From the human T2T-CHM13v2.0 reference genome, Homo sapiens: DNA of 64,000 nt. Under the pieces are notes generated by a model, which searched no databases, was not told the origin of the DNA, and was given only the letters and a program-made list of their open reading frames with translations. The translations under genes were made by a program, and so were the position numbers. Location: NCBI RefSeq assembly GCF_009914755.1, contig NC_060928.1. The stretch is one strand, 5' to 3'. Positions 16,795-34,073 of this stretch are shown one piece after another (position 1 is the first letter of the stretch; every line of letters begins with the position of its first letter).

Positions 16795-17336
16795 CAGGCC
16801 AGGTGTGGTGGCTCACACCTGTAATCCCAACACTTTGAGAGGCCAAGGCGGGAGGATCATTTGAGCCCAAGAGTTTAATACCAGCCAGGGCAACACAGGG
16901 AGACCCCCATCTCTACAAATAAAAAAAAAAAAATCAGCCTAGTGTAGTGACACATGCCTGCATGCCTGTAGTCCCAGCTACTCAGGAGGCTGGGGTGGCA
17001 CTTGCGCGCCAAGAGTTTGAGGCTGCAGTGAGCCATGACCATCACACCACTGTACTCCAGCCTGGGCAACAGAGCAATAACCTATCTTAAAACACACACA
17101 CACACAAAACTTGTAAAAGGGTTCCTACAAATCAATAAAAGATAACCTAACCAATAGAAAAAATAAATAAAAGCTCCTAATAGGCAAAGTATAAAAGAAA
17201 TGCAAATAGCCAACACACATAAAAAATGCTAGATGTCACAAATAAGCAGATAAGTTAAAACTTGATCATTTTCCCCTAAGTTTTAGAAGACTGATAATGC
17301 CCATATCTGTCAAGGATGTGGGGAAACAGATGCTCA

Positions 17337-17842
<506 letters not shown>

Positions 17843-17948
17843 TCAGGAGTTCCAGACTGGCCTGGCCAACATGGCAAAACCCCATCTCTACTAAAAATAC
17901 AAAAATTAGCCGAGCTTGGTGGTACGTGCCTGTAATCCCAGCTACTCA

Positions 17949-18053
<105 letters not shown>

Positions 18054-19270
18054 TTAAAAACAAAAAAATTCATTGAACACATGAACGGTTATTTCTCAGG
18101 CCACTGACCTTCACAACTGCACTCAGAAAGAGAGGTTCTTGATTATGTAAACCAAAATTAATGGTAGATTTGTTTTTAAAGATTATGTATTAAAAGAATC
18201 TTTTAATTGGGATTAACTTTGTGCTATGACTTTACCTAAGAAATTTTAAGAAGGTATTAAATTAATGCTGATTATATATTATTTCTGAGCTAAGTTAATA
18301 AAACTGAGTTTCTATAATTGATTTTCTGTTACTCTCATATTAAAACATTGTGGCTACAAAAAACAAAAATATACTTTCACTTTTAGTAGGACATTTCCTC
18401 TTCTTTAAAATTTATTTTAAGTCAAACTAATAACTTTTTTAAAGAAATCAGAAATATCTCTAGATTTATAATTGATGTTACTAATTTAACAGTCTAGCAT
18501 GGGTCTCAAAAACTTCTCTGAGGAAAACACTGGTGAGTGAAATATAAGTGTGGTCTGAAAAACTTTTGAACAGTAACAAGTTCTAGCTAGGAAGAATTTT
18601 AAGAGCCCGCATCAACTTTTTTCATTCAATCATTCATTTATCCATTCAAGAAATATTTACTCAGAGCCTTTTATGGACCAAGAACTATTTTTGATGCTTG
18701 GGATAAACAAAACAGGCTAGGTCTCTGTTCTTGTGAAGCTTTCATTCTACTTTCTGTTCCTAATCTTTCTTTAATCCATCTTTAGAAAACAAAGCAGAGC
18801 ACAGAAAAGAAAGAACAGAAGAAATAAAGCACACTGAGGGAACAGAAATAGAGAATAGAAACTACTTCCCCTACTCACCCCAGTATCTGTTAAGTCTACC
18901 TGAGAGGCCACTCCCATGACAGCAAAAAGACCCATTTCTACTGCTGTTGTGGCAAGAGGGAAGAATAAGATTCTGAAGTCATAATATTTACTATCATTGA
19001 GCTTTAGACTACGCATTCAATGAAATACTCTATCACAGAAGTTTCCAGGTACCTGATCCAAAAATACAAATCAACACAGGCATATTAAAATAGCAAATGG
19101 AAATAATTATCTAATTTAAGTTTAAAAAGCATCTTTTCATACCTGCATAACTGGGATAACTAAAGCATTTGAGACTGTTTATGCCTGATCTAATGGTTTA
19201 TTTCAGAATTTTGACATTTTCACCAGGGCTAATGTACTCCGATTATGGTTTTTATTCATCCAGGAGCTAA

Positions 19271-19453
<183 letters not shown>

Positions 19454-19711
19454 TAGTAGGGACAGGGTTTCACTATGTTGGCCAGGCTGGTCTCAAACTC
19501 CTGACCTCATGATCCACCTCCCAAAGTGCCAGGATTACAGGCATGAGCCACAGCGCCCGGCCCAGAAGCTAACTTTTTACAACTGACTTCTGAGCCAAAA
19601 AAATCAAATTTAAACTACTTAAATGAACACAGAAATAAAGTCCAACTGGGCCAAGCGCAGTGGCTCACACCTGTAATCCCAGCACTTTGGGAGGCCAAGG
19701 CGGGTGGATCA

Positions 19712-19993
<282 letters not shown>

Positions 19994-20967
19994 CTAGGCA
20001 ATATTATTTGTCGCTAAGTGTTTTAATAGCTTAGATATAAAGTCATGCAACAGTGCGAGAGATGTTTTTATACCAGGAAGTTTTACCTTCTAGTTTATTT
20101 GTATTTTTAGTGGAAATATAAAGTTCACTTGTAATTATTCATTCCTCTAATATTTGTGGAAAACGCACCGTGAGCCACGCGCTATATGGCAGTTCCCTCT
20201 CCTTGTGACCCCTGCCCTTACAGAGCTTATATGCTAGTGAAGGAAGTTGTCAACACCTGCAACAAGTTGCTCATTTATTAAAATAAGCCAAAATGTGTGC
20301 CAAGGAAACAAAGCAGGTGCTCTCCCACTAATCATGCCAATTGTTTTTATGCTTTTGTGGATGAAAGCTACACATATTTTCCACGGAAATACGAAAAAAC
20401 AAACATATGCACAAAACTTTGTATCCAATGTTAGGGGTTTTCCCCTAAAGCCTATTGGGAACCCCAAGTCAAAACTCCGGAACCACACACTCACACTGTG
20501 CGAACTAACTCACACCTACTTAACCCCAGTACCACTTATGTACATACCGATACTTCCTAAATCTTGTGTCTGTTTCTCCAGACCAGCTCTGAATTCCATA
20601 TTTATGCAGCCAACATGCAGCCAAATCCATCCCATTGCAAATCTCCCAAAGGTGCCTCTAACTAATAATGTCCTCAACTAAATTTATCTTCAGCTGGGAC
20701 CTGCTTCTCTCCCTTTATTCCCCATCTCCATGCATAGCACCACCATTCACCCAAAACAGAAACATGGCCACTGCTTTTCCTCCTCCCTCTGGCCCTCCAC
20801 CTAATCATCCAACCTAAACGATCTCCCAAATACTGCTGTCTTCTCCCCTCTATTCCCACTGCCACTGCCTTGATTCAGGACTTCTTTTGTTTACTTAACA
20901 CAACTTTCTAGAGGCCTCACTCTGTGCCATGCAATGATTTGAGCACTTTTAAAATATAAAGTCATTC

Positions 20968-21710
<743 letters not shown>

Positions 21711-21995
21711 GAAGGCAACACAAAAATGTTTTCTTTTTTTGGCCGGGTGCAGTGGCTGACACCTTAACTGCAGCACTTTGGGAGGCCAAGGTGAGTGGAT
21801 CGTTTCAGGTCAGGAGTTTGAGACCAGCCTGGCCAACGTGGTGAAACCCCATCACTACTAAAAATACAAAAATCGGCCAGGTGCGGTGGCTCACCCCTAT
21901 AATCCCAGCACTTTGGGAGGCCAAGGCGGGCAGATTACTAGAGGTCAGGAGTTTGAGAACAGCCTGGCCAATATGGGGAAACCCCATCTCTACTA

Positions 21996-22422
<427 letters not shown>

Positions 22423-22892
22423 TTATCTTTGAAGAGTACACAGTTTTATGCAAAATAAGTACCGCAGTATGCTGCAGAGCGGTTGACAAAATATTGTATT
22501 TTGGTTTTACTTCTCTATTTTGAAAGTAATAAAGAAATATAAGTATTTCTGGTTAATATTTTAAAACAGCCCACCAAATCCATGAGCAGAAATGGATTAT
22601 CATCAACATACTTCACAAAAGTCTATCCAAGTACAAAAATCTTTTATCCTGAAAATCAATAAAATGCAAAATCATATATCTGAATAAAATATATAATGAT
22701 TTAACTGGTGGGAACACAGAAAAAAAATCATGAAATAATTGTGAAGTATTTAAGCCAGGCACGATGGCTCACGCCTGTAATCCCAGCACTTTGGGAGGCT
22801 GAGACGGGCAGATTACCTGAGGCCAGGAGCTCGAGACCAGCCTGGCCAACAGGACAAAACCCCGTCTCTGCTAAAAACAGAAAAATTAGTCA

Positions 22893-23030
<138 letters not shown>

Positions 23031-23109
23031 TCAATCAATCAATCAATCAATCAATAAAATATTTAAAATTATACTAAGGCCTTATACCTTGGAAGCAAAA
23101 AGTAAGCAG

Positions 23110-24365
<1,256 letters not shown>

Positions 24366-27300
24366 AAGAGAAACTTAAATGATGAAAAAAAGACAGACAT
24401 GCAAGGATGTGGAGGAAGACTATTTCAAAGAAAGAAAATAGCAACAAAAGCCCGGAGAGAAACAGAACCAACCTAACACACTCAAAAGACAGAGAGAGAA
24501 AATCAGAGAGGTAGGTAGGGGCCTTAGAGGCCAAGTTCAGGTACATATGCATGGCAAAAGCATATTATTTGGCAAAAGCTATATTATAATAAAGTCGAGC
24601 ACTGCTCCAGGGAGAGCATTCCACATAGTAAACCATGATGTGAAAGTTGCCTGCCTGTAGGAGTGGAGCAATGAAACAGTTCAGACCACAATTTATTTAA
24701 ACTGACCTCACGGCTCTTCAAACAGCTGTTCCTTAAGTCTCATGTGTGTTTAATTCAATCTTATGCATATTTTCAATAATTATACCAACCAATTAATTAT
24801 ATATGCTGACTTCTTAAAAATGGCATCTCTCAGGTTTTATTCACGTTTTGTGCAAACAATTAAATCTCAGTGAAATTCAAACTGTCTACATGGCTTCTTT
24901 ATTTCTTTTATTTTTAATTTTCTTTCTATTTATTTACGTGGTTCAAATTTCGAAAGGGTAAAAAGTCCCCCTCTTATCCTGCCTCTCAGACACATATTTC
25001 CCATCTCTGGAGGCAACAAATGTTATCAGTTGGTTCCTTCTGTATCTTTCCAGAGAAATTTTATATTTTGGCAATTGTTTCATATCAGAGTATAAAGTTT
25101 TCTCATTTTTATAAAGGTTGCACAGTATTCCATTGTGTGAATACACGTACTTTATTTCTTTATTGATAACTTTTAACTGGAATTTTTGTTTTCAATGCAG
25201 CTCCCAGGGCAAGAGCTGTCTATGGATGGGCTTCAGAAGATAAGTGAATAGGCCAGGCACAGTGGTTCATGCCTGTAATCCCGGCACTTTAAGAGGCTGA
25301 GGCAGGTGGATCAACTTGAGGCCAGGAGTTCAAGACCAGCCTGGCCAACATGGTGAAACTTCATCTCTACTAAAAATAAAAAAATAAAATAGCTGGACAT
25401 GGTGGCACACACCTGTATTCCCAGCTACCAGGCAGGCTGAGGCACAAGAATCGCTTAAACCTGGTAGGCAGAGGTTGCAGTGAGCCAAGACTGCACACTG
25501 CACTCCAGCCTGGGCAAAACAGCAAGACTCTCAAAAAAAAAAAAAAAAGAAGAAGAAGAAGATGATAAGTGAACAGGCCAGGCACAGTGGCTCATGCCTG
25601 TAATCTCAATGCTTTGGGAGGCCAGGGTGGAAGGATCGCTTGTACCCCGGAATTAGAGATGGCAGTGAGCTATCATCACACCACTGCACTCCAGCCTGGG
25701 CAACAGAGCAAGACCTTGCCTTTAAAAAAAAAAAAAAAAAAGAAGAAGAAGAAGATAGGTCAATCCCTTAAAATGGTGTGTATATGCCCATATGCATTTC
25801 TCTGGGCAGAAAATTTGCATATCATTCACTGTATTTATCAAAGGAAACTGTAACTGAAACAAAGATTGAGAACTACTGTCCTTCATACCCAACGACACAG
25901 TCTGAGGGAAAAAAAAAAAAAGAACTACTGTCTTATAACTTTGCACAAGTGTTCAATAAACATTTGTTGAATCAATTTTAGTCTAGGGTTTTGCTAATTG
26001 TTGCACTAGAGACTGGAGGGCTAAATTAAATATCAGTATAATACAAAATTCTTATCTACCTCATAGGATGTTTACCCACTAACAACAAAACTGACCAATT
26101 TGACCTATTTCTTTTCTGAGAAGAGGTCTATTTTTTATCTGCACCATGAACAGGAGTACTAAAGAAAGAAAAGAACCAAAAGTAAAAGCACCTGAATGAT
26201 CAAAAGTTGACCACACAAGCTATGTTCACCATAAATGACAGAGGAATCTACCATGCCTCTTAAAATCTATGTAACTTTCCATAGAGTCCTTTCTGAGAAA
26301 ATAGATCACTGGTAGCTGTGTAGTTGCCTAACATGCCAGGCACCAGAACCAGAACGGAAGCTTTACCTATACATCTTGCTTAATCCCCAAAACAATCACT
26401 ATGGCAGCTATTATTTTCCCCTCTTTTACAGATAAGGAAACAGAGGCTTAAAGAGATTAAACTTAAGCTATTTACTTGCCCAAGACCACGTAACTATTAA
26501 ACTAGACTATACTAACATAGTAATATAACTATAAATTAATATATAAACCATTAAACTAAAATATTACCACGTTCTTCATCTTCAAGACTCCAAGTCTCAA
26601 GCTTCCAAAATACCACAGTGCTTTGGCCTCCAAAATGTAATGATGATCATTATAGGGAAGTAGTATAACATGGTGGTCAGAAACACCAAGATTCTAATTC
26701 TAGTTCAACCACCTACTAGTTATATGATACACTGTTTAAATTCCAAAAAGGTGCTTGCACCATCTGTAAAACTGCATCGATGTGGGTTGAAATGAAAAAA
26801 AAAAAAAAAAAAAAAAAACCATGGAAAACCAACAGTTCACATATTGACCTAAAGAAGATGCTTGGTACAAGGTAGCTACTATCATTACTGTTGCCCTTTT
26901 TTGAGAAGAAACACAAAGGCCTGCAACGTTTCCCAGTGTGGCATAAAATTTTCACCGCCCCCCCCCAGAATGTTGTCACTGTGACACGTTGACCAATGAT
27001 TGAAAAAAATTATATCGGATTGTTAAGTATCTTCTAGCTTAATGAACATTTTAAATGGTCCTTTAAAAATATTTCAAACACAGAGCCATATCCATTGCCA
27101 TACCATCAGGAATGTCTGCTTTGCTGGCTGCATAATCATTTCACTTTCAATTTGTTTGAACATTTTATCCAGAATTATGCAGTGAGGCTTGGGTTTTTTT
27201 CAGATTTTAAACATCAGGTGGTAAGAGGATGACAGCTGTCAAATGTCTTGCATCTGTTTCTATTCGCTGTACTTCTTTTTCCTAGTAAGCCATGTTATCC

Positions 27301-27880
27301 TTTTGACTCCTATGAACTCATCTAAACAAAATAAAATATCCTCTCCATGCCCTCGGTCTCAACACCGCTCAGGTGATCGTTAATGACGAGCGGAGATGAG
27401 ACGAGCTGAGCTGTTAATGATAAAAGTTTAAGGCCCTACACAACATATTCCCTAAGAAAGAAAAGTTTGTTACATTCTTCTCCCTCGTGACCCAAAGCTT
27501 GAAATCCACGCTTTAGGCAGTACTCAAACTGAGGTTCGGGCAACGCCGAACAAGAAAATAACTTTACCAATGCGTCCCAAAACCACCATCCTTCCTCTCT
27601 TCCTTTCTCCCTTCCCCCAAGAGTGGGGGGCGGGGGGAAAGTGCAAGTACACGTAGCAACAAAATCCCTGCGCGCTGGCTGCCGCCCAGAGCCAGAGCCC
27701 GCGATGCAATGAAAGTTTTGCGTCCAGTGCCCGGTGTGCGGCCCCTTCTCTGCCTTTGCTAGCCTCCGGAACCACCCACCGCCATCCTCCCCCACCCTGC
27801 ATACCAGGAGTGCCCGGTCCACACCAGGCCTGCAAAGCCCCCCCAGACCCCGAGCCGCACGGCCTCCCCCAGCGGCTCAC

Positions 27881-27883
27881 CAT
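27881..27883 (-). CDS. RFC1: RFC1 coding exon 1 (start codon only; 5'UTR extends to roughly 28000-28020)
   Basis: Minus strand reads GGCTGCG ATG|GTGAGC: ATG immediately followed by a GT donor. Joining to the exon at 13129 gives M-D-I-R-K-F-F, the RFC1 N-terminus. It lies in a CpG island. Confidence 0.95.
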
Positions 27884-27940
27884 CGCAGCCCCAGGATGAA
27901 GGCGCTGGCTGGCTGGCGGGTGGGCCGGTTGAGGAATCTG

Positions 27941-27961
27941 TTATCGAGGCTCAGGATCCAT
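27941..27961 (-). other. Putative upstream ORF (MDPEPR*) in RFC1 5'UTR
   Basis: ATG GAT CCT GAG CCT CGA TAA on the minus strand, 78 nt upstream of and in frame with the main ATG. It depends on the TSS lying upstream of 27961. Confidence 0.55.
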
Positions 27962-28365
27962 TCGCGCCAACAACTTCTCCCGCGAAGTGCAAGAAGGCGA
28001 AGACAGTGGCGCGCGGTGATGACGTCAGGAGGCGCGAGCTTTGCTTCCGTCCCGCCCAGAGGCGGGAGGTGCGACGCCTGCCCAGGTGCTGCCCCGAGGG
28101 CAGGCGGGCCGCTGACATCGAGAGGAACCACGGTGCTTTGGTGTGAGCTCGGTTTTTGGCGGGGGCGCTAAAGTAGGGGGATCCGATATTGGTTTCCTTG
28201 GCAGGCGGGGTACCCAAGTACCTCCCGGTTACACGTCTGGACAATGCACTTCCCTATAGTAACTTTGAAAAGTTTTTACTACCAACTTTAGTAAGATAAA
28301 TGTTTTAGCTGTGCGTTTTACATATTATGTATAAATATCTATTCTGTAATAAGGTTTCATCAAGA

Positions 28366-28655
28366 GGCCGGACGCGGTGGCTCACCCCTCTAATCCCAGC
28401 ACTTTGGGAGGCCGAGGCGGGTGGGTCACCTGAGGTCAGGAGTTCGAGACCACCTGACCAATGTGGTGAAACCCCGTCTCTACTAAAAATACAAAAATTA
28501 GCCAGGGGGTGGTGACGTGTGCCTGTAGTCCCAGCTACTCGGGAGACTGAGACAGGAGAATTGCTTGAACCCAGGAGGCAGTGGTGCAGTGAGCCGAGAT
28601 CGAGCTACTGCCCTTTAGCCTGGGCGACAGAGCGAAACTCCGCCTCAAAAAAAAG
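28366..28655 (+). mobile_element. Alu bordering the RFC1 promoter
   Basis: Full dimeric Alu that still retains many CpGs. Confidence 0.9.
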
Positions 28656-29439
28656 AAAAGATACCGAAAGCTTTGGGGTAAACCAGTTGTATATGAATAG
28701 ATTAGCAATTGAATCACGGAATACAATGAAACATTTGCGTACGATTTCAAGAGAAAGATTAGACCATAAAGAGTTCAATGGAGAAAGCAGTATCTCCAGC
28801 TTTGGCTCTAGCTACACTTTTGAAATTCTCACCCATCCACCCCCTGTTGGGTCTTGCGCTTTATGACACCAACATTTCTATGGCGAAAGATAGAACAGCC
28901 TGGAATACAACAGAGGCTGAGCATTGACAGCTTGTATTTATTAAACGCCTATTGTTGTACGTGCAGCTCTGGACTAGCCTAGCTCATTTTATCCCCATGA
29001 TGACACTGACTACTCTTATCCCGAATTTACAGACAGACTGTTACTTATTAACAGGGCCTCACTGCACTGTTCCCTCTGAAGCCAGGATGCTAGGTCTCCA
29101 GCCCCACCACCTGCTATTTATGTGACCAAGGGCAAGTTACTGTGCCTCGGTTTTGTCTTAGCAGACATATCACACAAATTTTTGCCCATAATTTTAGAGG
29201 ACCTACACCAATTTATAATGTTCATTGTGTTATAAATCAATAAATGAGTAAATAAGACATAAAAAGTTGTACGTGTCTTTTATATTACATTCCTCTTAAC
29301 TTTTGCTTTTTTTTTTTTTTGGCATTTGAAGCCTTCCTTGAGTTTAAATGAGACTTAAGTCAGGAGACTGTAACTTCTTTGTGAGATTGTTTTCTTTAGG
29401 AATATTTATTTACATGAAAATACTCTATCTCAGAAATAT

Positions 29440-29880
29440 ACCAGATCTAAAATGACTGCATATGCTTTGAAACTCCTCCCTTGAACCTGGACTGGCCTAT
29501 GACTGATTTGATCAAAGAATACAATGGAAGTGATACTATGCCAACTCCAGACCTAAGCTTTAAGAAGACTGGCAGCTCCTGTCTTGCTCTCTTGGAGCAC
29601 CATGTAAAGCCAGGGAGGTGGTCATCTGAGACCAGCCTTATAGCCATCTCCACCAGGCACCATGCATGTAAATGAAGCCATCTCAGATCCCATCCAGCAA
29701 CTGATGGAATTTCACTAGCTTTGTTGACCCCATTCAACACCTGGGAGAGCAGAAAAATCACTCAGTCAAGGCCTGTCCAAATTTCCTGACCCACAGTAGC
29801 GTGAACATAATTAAATGATTGCTCTGTTAAGGTAATAAGTATTGGAGTGGTTTCTTATAAAGGAATAGATATCCAGAATG
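29440..29880 (+). mobile_element. MLT1(G/H-like) LTR
   Basis: CCTCCCTTGAACCTGG...CTTTAAGAAGACTGGCAGC...AATTTCCTGACCCACAG...ATAGATATCCAGAA. Confidence 0.65.
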
Positions 29881-29984
29881 GAAATATTTTTGAAGACCCA
29901 AAATAGGACTGAGCATGGTGGCACATGCCTATAATCCCAGCACTTTGAGAGGCCTTGTCTCAGGAAAAAAAAACAAAAACAAAA

Positions 29985-31175
<1,191 letters not shown>

Positions 31176-31397
31176 AGGCCAGGCACAGTGGCTCATGCCT
31201 GTAATCCCAACACTTTGGGAGGACAAGGAAGGAGTATTGCTTGAGACCAGGAGTTCGAGGCCAGGAGTTCAAGACCAGCCTGGGCGACAGAGCAAGATGC
31301 TGTCCCAAAAACAAAACAAAACAAAAACCACTGTAAACAATCTGAATGTTAACTGTAAAGAAAATGGATAAATTGAAATATATTCATACAACAATAA

Positions 31398-31691
<294 letters not shown>

Positions 31692-31767
31692 TGATCCACC
31701 CACCTCGGCCTCCCAAAGTGGTAGGATTACAGGTGTGAGCCACTGCACCTGGCCCAGTCTTATATAC

Positions 31768-34073
31768 TGATATGGTTTGGCTCTGTGTCCCCACCCAAAA
31801 CTCATCTTCTAGCTCCCATAATTCCCATTGTTGTGGGAGGGACCCAGTGGGATAGGAGATAATTGAATCATGATGGTGCATCTTTCCTATGCTGTTCTCA
31901 TGATAGTGAATGGGTCTCATGAGATCTGATGGTTTTAAAAACGGGAGTTTCTCTGCACAAGCTCTCTCTTTGCCTGCTGCCATCCACATAAGATGTGACT
32001 TGCTCCTCCTTGCCTTACACTATGATTATGAGGCCTCCCCAGCCATGTGGAACCGTAAGTCCAATAAATGTCTTTATTTTGTAAATTGCCCAGTCTTGGG
32101 TATGTCTTTATCAGCAGCGTGAAAATGGACTAATACAGTAAATTAATACCAGCAGAGTGGGGCATTGCTAAAAAGATACTCGAAAATGTGGAAGCAACTT
32201 GGGAACTGGGTAACAGGCAGAGGTTGGAACAGTTTGGAGGGCTCAGAAGAAGATAGGAAAATGTAGGAAAATTTGGAACTTCCTAGAGACTTTTTGAATG
32301 GCTTTGACAAAAATGCTGATAGTGATATGAACAATAAGGTCCAGGCTGAGGTGGTCTCAGATGGAGATGAGGAACTTGTTGGGAACTGGAGCAAAGATGA
32401 CTCTTGTTATGTTTTAGCAGAGACTTGCAGCACTTTGCCCCTGCCCTAGAGATCTGTGGAACTTTGAACTTGAGAGAGATGATTTAGGGTATATGGTGGA
32501 AGAAATTTCTAAGGAGCAAAGCATTCAAGAGTTGACTTCGGTGCTGTTAAAGGCATTCAGTTTCAAATGGGAAGCAGAGCATAAAAGTTTGGAAAATTTG
32601 CAGCCTGAAAATGCAGTGGAAAACAAAATCCTATTTTTGAGGAGAAATTCAAGCCGGCTGCAGGAATGTGCATAAGCAACCAGGAGTCGAATGTTAATCA
32701 CTAAGACAATGGACAAAATGTCTCCAGGGAATGTCAGAGACCTTTGCAGCAGCCCCTCCCATCACAGGCCCAGGGAGGAAAAAGTGGTTTCATGAGCCAG
32801 GCCCAGGGTCCCCGTGCTGTGTGCAGCCTAGGGACTTGGTGCCCTATGTCCCAGCCACTCCAGCCGTGGCTGAAAGGGGCCAATGTAGAGCTTGGGCTGT
32901 GGCTTCAGAGGGTGCAAGCCTCAAGTCTTGGCAGCTTCCACGTAGCATTGAGCCTGCAAGTGCACAGAAGTCAAGAATTGAGGTTTGGGAACCTCTGCCT
33001 AGATTTCTGAAGATGTATGGAAATGCCTGGATGCCCAGGCAGAAGTTTGCTGTAGGGGCGGAGCCCTCATGGAGAACCTCTGCTAGGGTAGTGCTGAAGT
33101 GAAATGTGGGATCAGAGCCCCCACACAGAGTCCCCACTGGGGCGCTGCCTAGTGGAGCTGTGAGAAGAGGGCCACCGTCCTCCAGACCCCAGAATGGTAG
33201 ATCCACTGACAGCTTGCACCATGCACCTGGAAAAGCCGCAGACACTCAACATCAGCCCATGAAAGCAACTGGGAGGGAAGCTGTACCCTGCAAAGCCACA
33301 GGGGTGGAGCTGCCCAAGACCATGGGAACCCACCTCTTGAATCAGCATACCTGGATGTGAGACATGGAGTCAAAGGAGATCATTTTGGAGCTTTAAGATT
33401 TGACTGCCCTGCTGGATTTCAGACTTGCATGGGGCGTGTAGCCCCTTTGTTTTGGCCAATTTCTCCAATTTGGAATGGCTGTATTTACCCAATGCCTGTA
33501 CCCCCATTGTATCTAGGAAGTCACTAACTTGCTCTTGATTTTACAGGCTCATAGGCAGAAGGGACTTGCCTTGTCTTGGATGAGACTTTAGACTGTAGAC
33601 TTTTGAGTTAATGCTGAAATGAGTTAAGACTTTGGGGGACTGCTGGAAAGGCATGATTGGTTTTGAAATGTGAAGATATGAGATTTGGGAGGGACCAGGG
33701 ATGGAATGATATGGTTTGGCTCTGTGTTCCCACCCAAATCTCATCTTGTAGCTCCCATAATTCTCACATGTTGTGGGAGGGACCCAGTGCGAGATGATTG
33801 AATCATGGGGCAGGTCTTTCCCATGCTGTTCTCGTAATAGTGAATGGGTCTCACAACATCTGATGGTTTTAAAAATGTGAGTTTCTCTGCACATACTCTC
33901 TCTCTTTGCCTGCTGCCATCCATGTAAGTTGTGACTTACTCCTCCTTGCCTTCCACCGTGATTGTGAGGCCTCCCCAGCCATGTGGAACTGCAAGTCCAA
34001 TAAATTTATTTCTTTTGTAAATTGCCCAGTCTTGGGTATGTCTTTATGAGCAGTGTGAAAATGGGCTAATACA
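31768..34073 (+). mobile_element. Full-length THE1A-type MaLR (LTR 31768-32137, internal, LTR 33707-34073)
   Basis: Two homologous LTRs (TGATATGGTTTGGCTCTGTG...CTAATACA) flank a THE1 internal region; TSD TATAC (31763-31767 / 34074-34078). Confidence 0.93.

Larger units (their letters stand above)
27620..28240 (-). promoter_or_regulatory. CpG-island promoter / first exon region of RFC1
   Basis: The only extended non-Alu GC/CpG-rich stretch in the window. It contains a palindromic CRE TGACGTCA (28020-28027), E2F-like TTGGCGCGAA (minus, 27961-27970) and TTTGGCGG (28155-28162), an ETS-like CTTCCG (~28044) and a GC box CCCGCCC (28051-28057). No TATA box seen. Confidence 0.9.

Noticed and set aside
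26795-26818. Orphan A24 as a retrocopy tail
   Set aside because: It lies within a MIR-like sequence with no clear TSD or head; most likely a simple mononucleotide expansion.
27436-28244. Several overlapping GC-rich ORFs at the promoter
   Set aside because: Stop-poor CpG-island sequence; only the ATG at 27881-27883 splices into a recognisable protein.
32143-33923. ORFs within THE1
   Set aside because: Degenerate MaLR internal and LTR frames with no intact gene.
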